A stretch of DNA of 64,000 nucleotides from a virus (taxonomy: Duplodnaviria; Heunggongvirae; Uroviricota; Caudoviricetes), in the IMG/VR virus record IMGVR_UViG_2778261667_000017, one strand, 5' to 3'. Made by a program: the position numbers and the translations under genes. Numbering within the stretch: the first letter of the stretch is position 1; the number at the start of each line of letters is the position of its first letter. Below are positions 62,374-64,000 of this stretch, piece by piece. Under the pieces are notes generated by a model that ran no database searches, was not told the DNA's origin, and saw only the letters and a list, made by a program, of their open reading frames with translations.

Positions 62374-63685
62374 TCTCCCGCATATTGCCAGCATGGCCTT
62401 TAATGAGCCGCTGATGCTTGAACCCGCCTATGCGCGGGTTTTCTTTTGTGCGCTTGCAGGCCAGCTTGGGATCAGCCGCCTGACGGATGCGGTGTCCGGC
62501 GACAGCCTGACTGCCCAGGAGGCACTCGCGACGCTGGCATTATCCGGTGATGATGACGGACCACGACAGGCCCGCAGTTATCAGGTCATGAACGGCATCG
62601 CCGTGCTGCCGGTGTCCGGCACGCTGGTCAGCCGGACGCGGGCGCTGCAGCCGTACTCGGGGATGACCGGTTACAACGGCATTATCGCCCGTCTGCAACA
62701 GGCTGCCAGCGACCCGATGGTGGACGGCATTCTGCTCGATATGGACACGCCAGGCGGAATGGTGGCGGGGGCATTTGACTGCGCTGACATCATCGCCCGT
62801 GTGCGTGACATAAAACCGGTATGGGCGCTGGCCAACGACATGAACTGTAGTGCAGGTCAGCTGCTTGCCAGTGCCGCCTCCCGGCGTCTGGTCACGCAGA
62901 CCGCCCGGACAGGCTCCATCGGCGTCATGATGGCTCACAGTAATTACGGTGCTGCCCTGGAGAAACAGGGTGTGGAAATCACGCTGATTTACAGCGGCAG
63001 CCATAAGGTGGATGGCAATCCCTACAGCCATCTTCCGGATGACGTCCGGGAGACACTGCAGTCCCGGATGGACGCAACCCGCCAGATGTTTGCGCAGAAG
63101 GTGTCGGCATATACCGGCCTGTCTGTGCAGGCTGTGCTGGATACCGAGGCTGCAGTGTACAGCGGTCAGGAGGCCATTGATGCCGGACTGGCTGATGAAC
63201 TTGTTAACAGCACCGATGCGATCACCGTCATGCGTGATGCACTGGATGCGCGTAAATCCCGTCTCTCAGGAGGGCGAATGACCAAAGAGACTCAATCAAC
63301 AACTGTTTCAGCCACTGCTTCGCAGGCTGACGTTACTGACGTGGTGCCAGCGACGGAGGGCGAAAACGCCAGCGCGGCGCAGCCGGACGTGAACGCGCAG
63401 ATCACCGCAGCGGTTGCGGCAGAAAACAGCCGCATTATGGGGATCCTCAACTGTGAGGAGGCTCACGGACGCGAAGAACAGGCGCGCGTTCTGGCAGAAA
63501 CCCCCGGAATGACCGTGGAAACGGCCCGCCGCATTCTGGCTGCAGCACCACAGAGTGCACAGGCGCGCAGTGACACTGCGCTGGATCGTCTGATGCAGGG
63601 TGCACCGGCACCGCTGGCTGCAGGTAACCTGGCATCTGATACCAATAAAGAATTACTTAATACACCTGAAGCTTTACCGGTATAA
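62354..63685 (+). CDS. C: Head protease/scaffold C (Nu3 nested in its 3' part), 443 aa
   Basis: GTG start after GAGGAGGAG RBS; TAELRNLPHIASMAFNEPLMLEPAYAR matches lambda gpC. Confidence 0.9.
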
Positions 63686-63695
63686 GAGGCAGTTA

Positions 63696-64000
63696 TGGCG
63701 ACAAAAGAAGAGTTTAACCATTACCAGCCGCTGGGTAACAGTGATCCGGCTCATACAGCAATTGCGCCTGGCGGATTGAGTGCGAAAACGCCTGCAATGA
63801 CCCCGCTGATGCTGGATGGCACTACCCGTAAGCTGGTTGTGTGGGATGGCACCACCGACGGTGCAGCCGTTGGCATTCTGGCGGTTGCTGCTGACCAGAC
63901 CAGCACCACACTGACGTTCTACAAGTCCGGCTCGTTCCGTTATGAGGATGTGCTCTGGCCGGAGGCTGCCAGCGACGAGACGAAAAAACGGACCGCGTTT
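63696..64000 (+). CDS. D: Head decoration protein D (3' end beyond window)
   Basis: [22 protein letters not shown]... matches lambda gpD; truncated by window edge. Confidence 0.85.

Overview
The window is almost entirely prophage DNA: two lambdoid prophages sit in tandem at the icd attachment site. Prophage 1 (about 1-39.5 kb) is an intact e14-like element: int/xis, yfdP-yfdQ-yfdR-like early genes, a cI-like repressor and cro, a replication gene with internal iterons, Dam methylase, RusA, Q, a lambda R-like lysis cassette, HK97-type head genes, a Mu-like contractile tail, a Pin-invertible tail-fibre segment and mcrA. A 3' fragment of icd (39529-39690) separates it from prophage 2 (about 39.7-64 kb, running off the window), which is a lambda/P22/DLP12 mosaic: int/xis, exo-bet-gam-kil-cIII, ral, sieB, N, P22-type c2/cro/c1, lambda O/P/ren/ninB, rusA, ylcG, Q, a moron cluster, lysis genes, bor, cos, then Nu1-A-W-B-C-D. 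The strongest candidate for an undescribed system is an AT-rich two-gene antisense operon between Q and the late region of prophage 1 (12504-14896), encoding a zinc-ribbon plus NdpA/YejK-like protein and a partner with C-terminal transmembrane helices. Further candidates are a second antisense gene pair between the spanin and terminase genes (16541-17564), a BRCT-domain gene with repressor-type operator motifs next to cI (3795-5564), and a reverse-strand membrane-anchored gene inside the tail operon (29992-30438). All protein assignments are from reading the translations and remembered family signatures; no database search was run.
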